DNA of 64,000 nucleotides, from NCBI GenBank assembly GCA_964658305.1, contig OZ210885.1, positions 7,440,001 to 7,504,000 of the forward strand, written 5' to 3'. This DNA comes from Leptogorgia sarmentosa. Lineage: Eukaryota. The notes beneath the pieces were generated by a model. It worked only from the letters and a program-made list of their open reading frames with translations, searched no databases and was not told where the DNA came from. A program made the position numbers and the translations under genes. Shown piece after piece: positions 1-12,119 of the stretch. How positions within the stretch are numbered: position 1 is the first letter of the stretch; each line of letters starts with the position of its first letter.

Positions 1-437
1 ATTTGTTGTATGAAGTTTTGGAAGTAATTAATCTACTATGGAAACGCCCTGTATTACGTTTTACTATATATGACCTTGCAAAACAGTTTAGTTTGAACCC
101 CCACCCCTACCCGCCACCTACACACGTAAAAATATCACAATTTGTATCGAATCTGTTGTGTTTGCACTGATTATCCCAGTTTGGAGAAAATAGTGTATAA
201 TTTTGAACAAGCTTGACGGGAATATCTGACATTGTGACTTGAATATCCCACATACACCACACCTGAATCACATGTTGTAGCTTCCGTTTTCGATACAAAA
301 CCTTTTGTTGCACTTTTTGAAAAGTGGTAACGCTTTTCTGGCAGTAATACAAAAAAGGTACAACATGTGCAAGCTTCAGCTGACCGTACTTTCCACAATT
401 CACGATATTTCGCAACCAATCTTCGCAAGTATACCAG

Positions 438-571
438 GGACCGGTTGTATAAAACTCTTTACTATCCGTTTCGTAGTTAAATGATAGTTAACATTGAAAT
501 ACGCGTTTCTGATAGCTCAATTTTCACACTTAACTATGTTAACTTTAACTACGTTTTTATACAAGCGGCCC
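438..571. mobile_element. PIF/Harbinger-like MITE (~134 bp)
   Basis: Imperfect TIRs GGACCGGTTGTATAAAA ... TTTTATACAAGCGGCCC flanked by a CAG/CAG 3-bp duplication. Confidence 0.6.
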
Positions 572-846
572 CAGGACTCTTTCGTGTTTCAAAATTTTGT
601 CTTATCGTCCACAACAGAACACGATTGCCTCTCAACTATTGCTAAAACTAACCTACCCCTAAATAGAAAACTAATCCTAATCCCAAAGCTAACCATGACC
701 CTAAAAACCCCTAAAACCTAACCCTAAATTTCGAAAACCTTGTTTTGGTGGATGTCCGTTTGCGTAATCCCATTCTTGGTCGAGTCTTTAAATATACACA
801 TGCATGCTCGTATTTTTATTGATCAATAAACTGCTTTTTTGTGCAG

Positions 847-1533
847 GATGCTTTCACTGGATGTCAAATTCTTCCTTGTTCTCATAAAGTGCACAAAGAA
901 TGTGCGACACAAATGATACGCAGCGGAATGTAAGTGTATCTTCTATTTGAAGATTTAAGTAGAATTTGATCTAGCAGAGGGTAGCCGATAATTCTTCATT
1001 CCGATAACTACCGCGGATGTATCGAAAGAAACCCGAATCGAATTTCAACACGCTATTGCGCACAAATTTAGTCGTGAAGACAGTTTATCTTTTATAAAGG
1101 TGAATGACATACTTTTCAAACAATGAGGGAATGAAACGAAGCAAAAATATACGCGTGCGAAAATTGGACTTGTAAAAAAAACATCTAACTCCAACTCGCC
1201 CTTGTCTTTCCGCACTGTTTGAAAATTGTGTTATAGGAAACTTTAAGCGTAATCGTAACTAAAAGGAAAAGTTGACCACGTTCACAACTTAATTTCTATG
1301 TTGAAATTCAACTCAATTTTTTGGGGATCCGTGGTTGTACGCCATGATTAAAGATCATAGAACCGGTGACCGACTTAATTATTGATTGAGTGATATGTGT
1401 TGATAGCTTTCATAGACACTAACTGCAGTATTTTCTATTTTTCAACAGCACACGCTGTCCAATCTGCCGGGAGAGTTTTGCTCACAAACTTGAGCGGCGA
1501 CCACTGAGTTCACGAAAACGTCCTGGGAAATAA
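847..1533 (+). CDS. Last two exons of a RING-H2 finger protein (probable E3 ligase); 5' part not identified
   Basis: Exons 847-929 and 1449-1533 with AG/GT boundaries in matching phase splice to DAFTGCQILPCSHKVHKECATQMIRSGI-TRCPICRESFAHKLERRPLSSRKRPGK*; C-x-H-x2-H-x2-C...C-x2-C pattern. Confidence 0.8.
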
Positions 1534-3213
1534 CAACGTTTAACAGCCTACAGTGGCCGAGATTTTCATTTCTATGTTTGTTTTGATGTGAATTTCTGAA
1601 GCTCGGTCATGCTGTTCATTCCGGGATTGTAAGTATTTTGTTTCTACTATACTTATATGCAAAGTAAACAAGTGTGGAAAATACACTCTTCACGTTCACT
1701 GTTAGGGCAGCGTCACCGTGTTTTGAGCATTAATTAATTCGTTCTGTCTTAGCTGGACGAACTACGGATTTTCTTGAGCATGCGCATTGCTCCGAGACCT
1801 TGTTCACACAAATTAGTTATGGCCAGTGAACTCAAATAAAACTGGAATGCTAGCTTCAGGTAAACATGCCCATACATGCCTGAAGCCAAGATGGCGGAAA
1901 TTGAAGCCTCTCTTGTAGGTATAAAACACGCGTGTTTTTTGCGTGGGGTAGTCACGAAGGGTGAAAGCATGAAATATATAAGCTATATTTCTAGCTACTT
2001 AAAACGTAATTAACTTAAAAACAGTAAATGGAAGGCTTGTGCAAGTAGAGCTCTTGTTGTTCGTGTTGTGACTTGTGAGTGATGACTTAATTACCTCAGA
2101 CAATGACAAAATATTTGTTTTTGTTTTTTATACGGCATATAAACGTCTGTTTACAAAGTTTTCTCGAACAATGTCATACAAAAATAATTTTGCTGCTCCG
2201 TTAAGTGTTTCTAAAAGTTGTTCATGCAGAATACCTGCTCTATTCTGTGTTATTATTATCTAAAAAGGTCTGTAAATTGAGTGTTAAGACGAGACTTTTT
2301 TTACATATTCATAATTGCCGCCATATTGCCTACGGATAATCCGCGCAGGGGCCTGGATCATACCTACAAGACGAGCTTCAATTTCCGCCATATTGGCTTC
2401 AAAATTTCCCGCCCAGCTAGCGTTCCAGTTTTATTTGAGTTCACTGGTTATGGCCTCATATCACATGTTAATGTAGCTTTCAAACGGGAAACAAACAGGA
2501 ACGAATCCATACGTTAAATGTCTGTTACGATTGGCGTTCGCACTATCGAACAAATATTTGTCCGGTGTCCGGCACTATACTATACGCTTAATCAAAAGTG
2601 TACGTATAGTATACGTACTGATAAAAAACATACACGTATAGTTGATCTAAAGCTTTCATGTAATAGCTGGTCAAAACAAGCAATTATAGCTCGTCGAAAA
2701 TTTGCATGTATACATTTGCCCGTATACCTGGTTCTATCTTTTATGCTATACTTTCATTATACTCGGAAAATAAAGACTCCATTTTTGTTTTTCATTTTTA
2801 TAGACCCAGTCGTTTACTTCAACTTGGTTGCTCTCAGTTTCACATTATTCTATTTTCATATTTTTGTTAGGTTTATTACTTTAATTTTAGTTAGTTTAAA
2901 TTCTTTCATATTCTTGCTTTTACATGCCCAGTTCACACGTCGAACTTTTCATGTACAGCTAACCAAACGAGCCCAGATAAAAAAAACTTAGCTCATTAAC
3001 ATTCATATTCAGCACATGGAAGCTCAACAATGAAAAGTACGATGTCTAAACAAGGTCTTGGCTTTGGAAAATGTGCTTGCATGCAAAATTATGTTTGATC
3101 TCTTATTCTACTGAAATTAACAATTACATCACGCGTGCTTAGTGAGCCGATCGTTGATTCGAGCATCGGTCGCACTCATCATAAGAGCCTCGAGCTCGCG
3201 TGAACTAACTAAT

Positions 3214-3331
3214 AGACAGTTTTAGATCGGGGACGCGAACGTCAAAATGGCGTGGCATATCCCCATAGATGGACAAAGCACGCCATTTTAACGTCGTTTT
3301 TGACGTCCACGTTCTCGACCTAAAACTGTCC
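3214..3331. mobile_element. Short palindromic MITE
   Basis: GACAGTTTTAGATCGGGGACGCGAACGTCAAAA mirrored by TTTTGACGTCCACGTTCTCGACCTAAAACTGTC. Confidence 0.5.
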
Positions 3332-3498
3332 GATCCAATACTTTGATTAGATTAATTCGTAGCTTCCTCTATATAAGCATGCCGATTTTTCAAGGCTTCA
3401 CAATTCGCTCAAGACCTAAAAGGTATCAGGAAACAAAGCAGGCCCAGACAATATCTAGATATTGCTCCATATATATGGATTTAAAATACTTATTTCCA

Positions 3499-3732
3499 CA
3501 GGGTGTCCAAAAAAAGTCCCCTCTATTGAAATCAGCTCTTCCGTTGTTATACGTGCGTTGTTATGCCTTTGAGAATATAATTGAATGGTTCATGAACGAC
3601 AGAAGTATTTATAACATCACGTGTTTGTGTTGCTGTTCGTCAGAAGCTAATTTAAATTTCCAGAGGTGCAATAACCCGAGATTTAACAACAGAGTGATTT
3701 CTATAGACGGGAATTTTTTGGGGGACACCCAG
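3499..3732. mobile_element. Tc1/mariner-type MITE
   Basis: CAGGGTGTCC... / ...GGACACCCAG termini with ~35-bp imperfect TIRs; TA at the right flank. Confidence 0.6.
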
Positions 3733-3921
3733 TATATCTCTGCAACAATATAATTTTATTCAATAAAAATTTTAAACAATCAAGCCTTTGGCCTAGCCTT
3801 AAATGTCGTTTAGTTTCAAGTATTTGTCCGACGCTATCTCTATTTTATTGCGTCAATGATTTTGCTATCGGTAAAACTTTGTCCAAGACTATAAAGAGTA
3901 AGTAAGTTTTTGCAATGGATC

Positions 3922-4266
3922 CAGGGGCGAAACTTGCACCTTCTCAATGGGGGGGGGGGGGGTTATAGGCAAAAATGCCCTGCAAGAAAATCGAATACCC
4001 TGCAAGATAACCAGGACCGTAGGTAATATTCCTAAATTGTTGGCGAGCGGGGGGCAAAACTTTTCCGCGAGTAGGCTTACAAGCACAAAAACGTTTCATG
4101 TACACTTTAATGGCTATTTAAAACTCTTGATAGTCAATAAGTTTTCAAATCAATATATATTTATTTCGTTTTGCCCTGCGAACTCCCTCTTTGCCCTGCA
4201 AAGTTAAGCATTGGGGGGGGGGGGGGTTACTAACCCCCCCTAACCCCCCCTTAAATTTCGCCCCTG
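3922..4266. mobile_element. hAT-type MITE
   Basis: TIR CAGGGGCGAAA...TTTCGCCCCTG and perfect 8-bp TSD AATGGATC (3914-3921, 4267-4274). Confidence 0.85.
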
Positions 4267-7200
4267 AATGGATCCATGTAACACTGATCAGATTAATTCA
4301 AATATTCTACGATAAAATAGATTAATTTAAATATTCTACGATATTTTTATATTTTAAAATTATAATAGACCTTTGAATTGTTGCCATGTCACTCACACCA
4401 GTGTCAAAACAATGAATCGCAATGCAATCTGGGGAACATGTTGGAATATTAAATTTAAAGTATTCACATGCGTGGAAAGACCGTGTGATGTAAGAACTTC
4501 AAAGATCAATATATTAATCAATGAAAATATTATTAAAATATTATTATTAATAACAATTATCAGTTCCAGCTATATGTTCTTTGCATCAAATCCCAATATG
4601 TATGGAAGTCGAAGGTTTTAAAAAGGACCGATAGCGGTGATCAATATGTTGGCAAATCTCTCATGTTAGACTGGGCATAATGTAGCTTTCTGCAACACTT
4701 TTCCCACAACATCTGTATGTTATTCTGAAGAGAAAACCGAGGGAACGTTTCTTTTCTTTGGTGTTAAGGTTCACTGAAGTAGGGTAATTTGAAAAGGTTC
4801 ATGGACGTACGAGGCGGGTGATATATCCGCATTCATGCAGATATTCATCACATGCAGTGTTTTATTTTGGGAAGATATACTTAATATTTTGTAATAAAAA
4901 TTCCTTCATGGTCAATTTGAAGAAATGTTAAACTGCTATGTTTGCCCAAGATTTTGCTCTGCTGAAATATTGAAAGGAAAAAATGTTGTTGGCCTTCAGC
5001 CAATTTTTTGTTGATTAGTACACATTTCGCTGAGATTATGAAACTTGGAAAAAATAGTCGTCTTGATTAATCCGTCAAAAAATATTAGTTAGGCTTTTTA
5101 AATGTAATCACTTCAAGCACCTCAAGTATACTGGGTTGTGTTTCATGTTTATGCATGGACAGAGAGAATCTGTGGGTAACTGTTGATGATACCAGGGACG
5201 TAGCGAAGAAGGGATGCGGGGGGGGGGGGGGGGGTGTCGCACCCCCCTCAATGTTGCCTCTGTCGGCAAGAGAAGAACAGCTGTCAAATTATGTCTGCAC
5301 ATTTTGAGGCCAGGGTATGTGGGGAAAATATTTTGGGGGTCCAATACTCAAAAAAAAATTTTCTTGTGTTTTAATGCTATGATGTTCATCTTTGGTCAGT
5401 TATTAGGGCATGGTACCACTAAGATAAAAAAATGTTTGTCAAAGTTACTGTTGCCATGGTTACCATGTTAATTACCCCCCAGTGGTGAAAAATTGACATA
5501 TTTGTAAACATGATATCTGAAGAAGTATGAATGATAAAAACCTAAAATAACTTTTGTTCAACAGTATAGCACATGCTCTTGGGGATGAACTAGAACTATG
5601 GTGATTGAGGCAAAAATAATTTTTTTACGGACAAAATATTGAAAATAGATATTATTGGTATGGTACTGACTATCACAACTTTAATGTTATACTAGATATT
5701 TTGATGATTCTAGTTCATCCCCAAGAGAATGCAACACAGAAGCTACACTGAAAGTTTGAATGAATAGGTTAAATACTTCTTGAGATATCCTGCACGCAAT
5801 TGGATTTTCGGTGTTTTGAGAAAAAGGCATTTAAAATTTTGACAAAGTTAAACGTTTAATAAATGCCTCATGATAACATGTTTGCATACAAAAATTATCC
5901 GTACACAAATGGTAATGATTTGGTAAGACAAATGAGATCATTTAGTACAAGTAGTATTTACCAGACGGTACATTCATGTATATTTCACTTAATGTACATG
6001 ATATCATGTATTAATTCGGCTTTCAAATATCATGAATACTTTCGCCGCTGAAGTCCATGAGAGCATGTTTTTCATGAATTTTGCCTTCTCAAAGCTATTT
6101 CACTTCCTTCATTACACTGTAGCAACGAATTCCCCTGAAAATCACCGGTAAATATTGGTCAAAAACGTCGAAGCGTATGCGGAAATTGACCAATATATTC
6201 AGTTTAGACACCGCCATTACAAAACCGTTGAAAAACGGTTGAATTCGGAATATTAAGTATATTTAAATTCAAACAACGACCGTAGTGTGACCGTAGTGTG
6301 ACCGTAGTGCATTATGGGTAGATGTAGAAAATTTGGCGAGCTGATGTGGCCGGTGGGCAGAAAGAGGGAATTAGACTCCCCCTATACTTGAGCACTACGT
6401 CTGCCAAACATATCCGAACGCCAGAGCCTACTTAGACACATACAACTTACATGTCTGAAGTAAAATTGCAAATATTTTTGGTGCTTCAAGACGATTTAAC
6501 AATCAGCCTCCCAAACCACACAAGCACGACCAATTGTCGCTCTCTTACGTGGCATTATATCACGACGATTCTTTGCGTGACAGGGATCGTGATCATGAGA
6601 CTTTATGATGTCCTCACACAACTGCTTGAGGTTAAATCTTGGCGGTTTAGAGGTTCGTGCACGCTAGACATGCTTCGCGCACAAAACGAACACCTTTTAA
6701 ACCGCCATCTTGGCTCTGGCAGCGAGAATGGCAACTAGTCACCAGTACTATCCCGCGCAGACACGACCTTCGGACCTCGAAAAATGTGAATAACTCGTTA
6801 TTATGCACCAATATTACAATAAAACATTTTGGAAAAGATGAAGGTTTGTTCAAAGATAATAATGCCGTTACTTTTGAAAATTTGAAAACTTTGTATACGA
6901 CCGCCCATTGACGTCACAGGCGCGGATCCAGACGGTGACGAAGGTGGCTCGAGCATCGGTCAGATTTTTCTTTCTCAGGAATTCCCGAGATTAACCGTTT
7001 TTGATAGTAGAAAAAATATTCTACGCGATTCTAATAATTGTATGTTAATTATTTGGCAGCAGCAAAAATAGGTCTATGGGAAGCAATTCAATCAAATACT
7101 GATTTCCTAATTATTCTTATGGACTCGTGTTCACAAGAAGGAAAAACGTCCAAAATACTTCCTTCTTCAATGGTATAATCATTAATATGTATACGTTGAA

Positions 7201-7340
7201 TTGTATGCTTTATACGCAGGCAAGTTTATGAAAAGATCGGGTGCTTAGGAATCATTCAATGAGCAAACCCAGACTAAAATTTATCAGTGGAAATATTGAT
7301 ACAGATTAGAAAGACTGCGCCGTACGGAGTGACATGCGAT

Positions 7341-7397
7341 CGTGGTCGGCCGGATTTGAACCTGCGCGGGAATTTCCTAACAGATTTCCACGACTAC
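7341..7397 (-). pseudogene. tRNA-Ser pseudogene with D-arm/anticodon deletion
   Basis: Matches 5' and 3' parts of the tRNA-Ser at 13168-13249 with ~25 nt missing. Confidence 0.75.
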
Positions 7398-7744
7398 GTT
7401 GGCATTGCTATGTATTTCGACATGAATAAATCAAGAATTTTGAATATTTCAAGTTTATGGGTGTGACAACACCGACCTCTCAATCTGCAGTCGAATTAAC
7501 TGTTAACCTAGGTCAATTACCTACATATACCTTCACGGAAAGTATCAATTTTTTTATTGCCTCTGGTTTGTCAATTTTGCATTTAAATACAAACTCGTTC
7601 ACGGCATGTGTCATCACGTGACTTCTTTCCGTCGACAACAGAATCTCCTCTCATCGAGTTGCAACGCCTGAGACATTACATATTAATCCAATATTTTTCT
7701 TCGTCAGTACAAAGTACATTAGAAAACATTTTGTTACCACCAAT

Positions 7745-7816
7745 GGCTTGCTGGTCTAGTGGTATGATTCTCGCTTAGGGTGCGAGAGGTCACGGGTTCG
7801 ATTCCCGTGCAAGCCC
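7745..7816 (+). tRNA. TRNAP-AGG: tRNA-Pro(AGG)
   Basis: 72-nt cloverleaf; anticodon arm CTCGC-TTAGGGT-GCGAG; GGTTCGATTCC. Confidence 0.95.
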
Positions 7817-7936
7817 TAGTTAATTAACCAAGTAAGACGTTCGGTTTTTTGAAAGCTTCCGTAATCCTTAGAAAACCTCGCCCAAAAAATTCGGTTACAT
7901 TTACCGTCACGACGTCTGAATAACATCACACCAATA

Positions 7937-7970
7937 CGTCCCTGGTTGGATTCGAACCAACAACCTTTCA

Positions 7971-8004
<34 letters not shown>

Positions 8005-8010
8005 AGAGAC
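7937..8010 (-). tRNA. TRNAN-GUU: tRNA-Asn(GTT)
   Basis: GTCTCTGTGGCGCAATCGGTTAGCGCG...CTGTTAA...GGTTCGAATCC. Confidence 0.93.
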
Positions 8011-8481
8011 TGACTCCATTGAAAACCTTCCGAAAAGAAATATAAAAATAATGTATATTATTTTAGTACGTTGCTACAACCAACCGCTTTCACGTTGTTC
8101 ATTAATGAACATTCACATCCATCTACAACTGACCTACACATTCTCAGCGCTACACTCTGAAGAATAGAAACTTTCTATTTTGAGGTCTTTGCAAAACTCA
8201 CTCGTGCAAGTTAATTCCAAATTCCACTCGAAACCATTGTATTAGCAATACTTATTTGCTATTGCATTGGTTTATAAATTTTTGATTTTTACTCTTTATA
8301 ATTTTATTGGGAATATGAAATTTTAACAGAATATCCCTTTAGGAATTAATTTTACAAGCTCCCCTTCGCATTAATTTCGCTCTTGGATCAATTTGTTTCA
8401 ATTAACTCTGGATTAAAAAAGGAAGGCGGAAGAGAAAGGTAATAAAATTCGCAGCATTTTAAAATATTCAAATGTCAAAAT

Positions 8482-8553
8482 AGGTTCTGCCGAGACTTGA
8501 ACTCAGATCGCTGGATTCAAAGTCCAAAGTGCTAACCATTACACCACAGAACC
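8482..8553 (-). tRNA. TRNAQ-UUG: tRNA-Gln(TTG)
   Basis: GGTTCTGTGGTGTAATGGTTAGCAC...GGACTTTGAATCC; 72 nt. Confidence 0.9.
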
Positions 8554-8681
8554 TTAACACAATCTTGACAAAGTTTCCCAATTCTTTAACGTTTCTTCCT
8601 TTCTTTCACAGCAAAAGGAACACTCTTCAATGGCGGACGTGGATATTTACTGAACACGAATCATGTATCCAACCTGTTAAA

Positions 8682-8763
8682 AGTAGCGTGGCCGAGTGGT
8701 CTAAGGCGCTGGTCTCAAGCACCAGTCATTTCGATGACGTGGGTTCCAATCCCACCGCTGCCA
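8682..8763 (+). tRNA. tRNA-Leu, CAA anticodon on a Leu(TAG)-type body; possible pseudogene
   Basis: Paralogous to 9398 and 41372; loop CTCAAGC instead of TTTAGGC; T-loop TTCCAAT and position 1 mutated. Confidence 0.7.
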
Positions 8764-9202
8764 ATTTTTCGTTGTTCATGGCTGTATTCGTTTATTGAGC
8801 TGGTATAAGTTTTGCAAGCTGAAGCCTTTGAACCAAATATGGAAAAACTCGTAATTATATCCATGATAGAACAAGAGTAAAATTAATTTAGTGATATTTT
8901 ATGATATCATCCTCCTTTGCCCAATTGATTCCCACAAACTATTTCATGATGGACAGACTTTTTGCATTGGTTTCCAAATTCTTGATTATTTTTCAATCGT
9001 TTCTAATTTCCTTGGTTAAAGAACTTCTATAACACAGCCCACAGGATCGCTTTTGTAACTAAAATAAGAAATTCACCTTCGCACCAATTGTTCTTCCTCG
9101 ATTATTTTTTCCAACTCAATATGACACGCAAAATGGACAGTGCAAGAGAAATGTAATATAATTCACCACCTTATACAATGTTTTAATTCGTCTGTTCGAT
9201 CT

Positions 9203-9274
9203 AGGCTCTGCCGAGACTTGAACTCGGATCGCTGGATTCAAAGTCCAAAGTTCTAACCATTACACCACAGAACC
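9203..9274 (-). tRNA. TRNAQ-UUG: tRNA-Gln(TTG)
   Basis: Paralogue of 8482-8553 with one D-stem mismatch. Confidence 0.85.
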
Positions 9275-9397
9275 TTAAGGGGTTGATGTCAAAGTTCCGA
9301 ATTGTTCAACGTTTGTTCCTTTCTTTGATATCGAAAGGCATCTCTTTAAACGAGGTGGATGTTTCCTAAAGGGAAATTATATTGTCTGCAGGTCACA

Positions 9398-9479
9398 GGT
9401 AGCGTGGCTGAGTGGTCGAAGGCGCTGGTTTTAGGCACCAGTGATTTCGATGACGTGGGTTCGAATCCTACCGCTTCCA
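9398..9479 (+). tRNA. TRNAL-UAG: tRNA-Leu(TAG)
   Basis: GGTAGCGTGGCTGAGTGG...CTGGT-TTTAGGC-ACCAG, long variable arm, GGTTCGAATCC; a few stem mismatches. Confidence 0.8.
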
Positions 9480-9934
9480 AATTTTCATTGTTCATGGCTA
9501 GATTCACTAACGATTCACTATTCGTTCATAATTTAACCCGCAACCGAAGGAAAGTAAAATGAATATTTTCTAATTTCACCCTCGTTTCGTGCTGACACGA
9601 TTAATAAAGATCTAATTCCAGCACAGTAAAACTATATTCGCGATAGCCTGGAAAACCTTCGAAATCATGAATAATGGCAAAAAACATTTGATCGGGGAAA
9701 GAGTTTTTCCATTAGTTTTTAAATTCTTGATTTTCACTCCTTTATAACTTTATTGGTTAAAAGAGCTTTTAACGCAGTATCCTTTTGTAATTAAAATAAC
9801 TAGTTCGTTTTCGCTTTCATTTTGTTCTTGGATCAATTTCTGTCAATTAACTCCGAATTGGAAAATGGACGGTGAAAGAGAATGGTAATAAAATTGGTGA
9901 CCTTAAAATAACCTTTAAATCTTCTGTCCAATAT

Positions 9935-10006
9935 AGGCTCTGCCGAGACTTGAACTCGGATCGCTGGATTCAGAGTCCAAAGTGCTAACCATTACACCAC
10001 AGAACC
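9935..10006 (-). tRNA. TRNAQ-CUG: tRNA-Gln(CTG)
   Basis: Same body as the Gln(TTG) copies; loop CTCTGAA. Confidence 0.9.
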
Positions 10007-10139
10007 TTAACACGATGCTTGGTTAAAATGTTTCCTCATTTTTTAACATTTTTTGTTTCTTTCACACCCAAAGGCATCTCTTCAAAAGTCGTGGACATTT
10101 AATAAAGGGAAATCATTTAATAGATACGTTTAAGGTTAA

Positions 10140-10221
10140 GATGGTGTGCCCGAGTCGCCTAATGCGCTGGTTTTAGGCACCAGTCATTTCGATGACGTGG
10201 GTTCGAATCCCACCGCTGCAA
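10140..10221 (+). pseudogene. Degenerate tRNA-Leu(TAG)
   Basis: 3' two-thirds near-identical to Leu(TAG); acceptor stem and D arm heavily mutated. Confidence 0.7.
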
Positions 10222-10599
10222 AATCTTCGTTGTTCAAGGACGTTGTGGTTTATTGAGCTGATATAAGTTTCAAAAAGTGATGCTTCTTATCCACATTTTG
10301 TGAAAACTTGTAATTTTATACAGGAAAAAAGAAAGAGTAAAAATGATTTTTTCTGATATCACCCTCTTTTGGTCGAAAATATTTGATAGCCACCAACTAT
10401 TTGATCATGGACAGAGTTTTGCATTGTATTCTAAATTCTTGATCATTCTTCGCTGTTTTATAATTTTATTCCCCGCTAACTCAGAATATTTTCATTATTT
10501 TGCATTTCAATTTTAATTGCAACACGAGAAAAAGAGAAAGAGATTGTGTTCACATTCTCAAACTCATTCTACGAAAGCAAACGAGTTCAACACAGCCAC

Positions 10600-10672
10600 G
10601 ACCTTGTGGCGCAATTGGTAGCGCGTCTGACTCAAGATGAGAAGGTTAAGTGTTCAATTCACTTCAAGGTCA
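10600..10672 (+). tRNA. tRNA-Trp body with anticodon mutated to CAA; probable pseudogene
   Basis: Identical to the Trp(CCA) at 45344 except loop CTCAAGA and an anticodon-stem change. Confidence 0.75.
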
Positions 10673-10685
10673 AGCACTTCTGGCC

Positions 10686-11100
10686 GCAGAAATTTTGGGA
10701 TCACTTTAAGGCTTGGTTACCAAGCACTAATCTAGATTTTTCACTTGACACACTTTATCGTTGAGAATATTATATGCGCAATTCTGACTCTAAACACAAA
10801 ATATTGTCTTTTCTTTTGTTTTTCTAATCCAGACCCAAACACAATTTCTGACCCTAACAACAAAATGTTGAGAAAAAAAACAAAATGAAAAAAAATAAAC
10901 AAAGTTACAAAAAGCCAACACGCGAGAATCGAACCTGCGGGGGCGCTGCTGACGAGTGGGGAACAGAACCTCTGAGCCAACGAGGCGCTACAAAATTGCC
11001 GGTAAAAACCTTTTGTATGAATAGATTTTGCAATACAACATGTAAAATACGCGCGGTTACTAAGTATCCCAAAGAAAGTGATCCCAAAATAATTTTCTGC
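10686..11100. mobile_element. TIR element (MITE) just downstream of tRNA-Trp, copy 1
   Basis: TIR GCAGAAATTTTGGGATCACTTT...AAAGTGATCCCAAAATAATTTTCTGC; duplication CTTCTGGCC/CTTCTTGCC; empty site seen in paralogues near 12495, 44580 and 45420. Confidence 0.85.
10914..10991 (-). ncRNA. Pol III A/B-box tRNA-like cassette inside MITE copy 1
   Basis: TGGCTCAGAGG ... GGTTCGATTC followed by TTTTT; no canonical cloverleaf. Confidence 0.45.
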
Positions 11101-11192
11101 CTTCTTGCCACGCTGTGTCTCGAAATTTTCTTCCAATTTCAAATTAAAAATATTATCGTTATTTTCACATTCCAAGAAAAGATAAATGTTTC

Positions 11193-11264
11193 TCCCATGT
11201 TGTCCAGTGGTCAGGATCTGGCTCTCTCACCGCCAAGGCCTAGGTTCGATTCCCGGCAAGGGAA
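11193..11264 (+). tRNA. tRNA-Glu(CTC), degenerate
   Basis: TCCCATG...CTCTCAC...GGTTCGATTCCCGG; several stem mismatches. Confidence 0.7.
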
Positions 11265-11545
11265 TAATACTTGCGACAGAAGGAAAAAATTATGGAATTC
11301 GAGATATTAACAAAACTATTGTTATTATACTAGCTCTATCCCTCTTACCCATTCTTTTGGTGTTTTCTGTATTTAAGTCTTTGTTGACATGATCTTGCTT
11401 TTCCACAAAAAATGATTTTGCTGATCATGTTTAAAGTGTAACAATTTCCTAGAACTTACTCTGATTTATTATTCGAAGTTGTTTAGTGAAAATGTTCGGC
11501 ATCTTGTGGAATATGAACATTATAACGAAAGAATTGAGCAACTTT

Positions 11546-11592
11546 GCGTTGGTGGTTCCTCGCCTGCCACGCGGGAGACCGGAGTTCGATTT
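11546..11592 (+). pseudogene. tRNA-Gly(GCC) pseudogene
   Basis: D-arm deletion and 3' truncation relative to 45848. Confidence 0.7.
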
Positions 11593-11623
11593 TGTAGCAC
11601 AGGAATAGTGAACAAGTTATCAC

Positions 11624-11695
11624 TCCCATATGTTTTTGGGGTTAGGATCTGGCGTTTTCACCGCCATGGGCCGGGGCCAATTCCCGTATTATCAC
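11624..11695 (+). pseudogene. tRNA-Glu(TTC) pseudogene
   Basis: TGGCG-TTTTCAC-CGCCA arm retained; A and B boxes mutated. Confidence 0.65.
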
Positions 11696-11823
11696 GTGTT
11701 TTTATGAAATAAATTCACTCCAAAAATTTTGTTTCGGGTCACACTTCTCATACAATCTCGAGAGTTAAGTACATACCTTGTAACCAATTACAAAAAAGGA
11801 AATGGATGAACACTTATTCACAA

Positions 11824-11896
11824 AGCCTCATCAGAGAATTGAACTCTGGACCCCTGGTTTACGAAACCAGTGCTCTAACCCCTGAGCTAATGAGGC
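11824..11896 (-). tRNA. TRNAT-CGU: tRNA-Thr(CGT)
   Basis: GCCTCATTAGCTCAGGGGTTAGAGCA-CTGGT-TTCGTAA-ACCAG...; fully paired stems. Confidence 0.92.
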
Positions 11897-12046
11897 GACA
11901 TGCTAAAATCTTCATAGCATGTTTTTTCCAACATAGTACTCTTTCAATAGCTTTTTTATTTCATCAGTTTTAACTCACTGAACAGCACATGGAATACAAT
12001 CTGGGCGTTTGTCTTCTACGTCCTTCAGTGTTTTCGAAGAAAATAA

Positions 12047-12119
12047 AGCCTCATCAGAGATTTGAACTCTGGACCCCTGGTTTACAAGACCAGTGCTCTA
12101 ACCCCTGAGCTAATGAGGC
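12047..12119 (-). tRNA. TRNAT-UGU: tRNA-Thr(TGT)
   Basis: Same body; loop CTTGTAA. Confidence 0.93.

Noticed and set aside
645..727. CCCTAA-like repeats as an interstitial telomere
   Set aside because: Short and very degenerate; more likely part of a repeat element.
1891..1918. CAAGATGGCG start followed by a possible GT donor as the first exon of another gene
   Set aside because: No downstream exons could be linked, and the motif is common in repeats here.
10741..11175. 144-aa and 147-aa (44075..44518) hydrophobic ORFs as a MITE-encoded protein
   Set aside because: They come from T-tracts, ORF boundaries differ between copies, and there are no transposase motifs.
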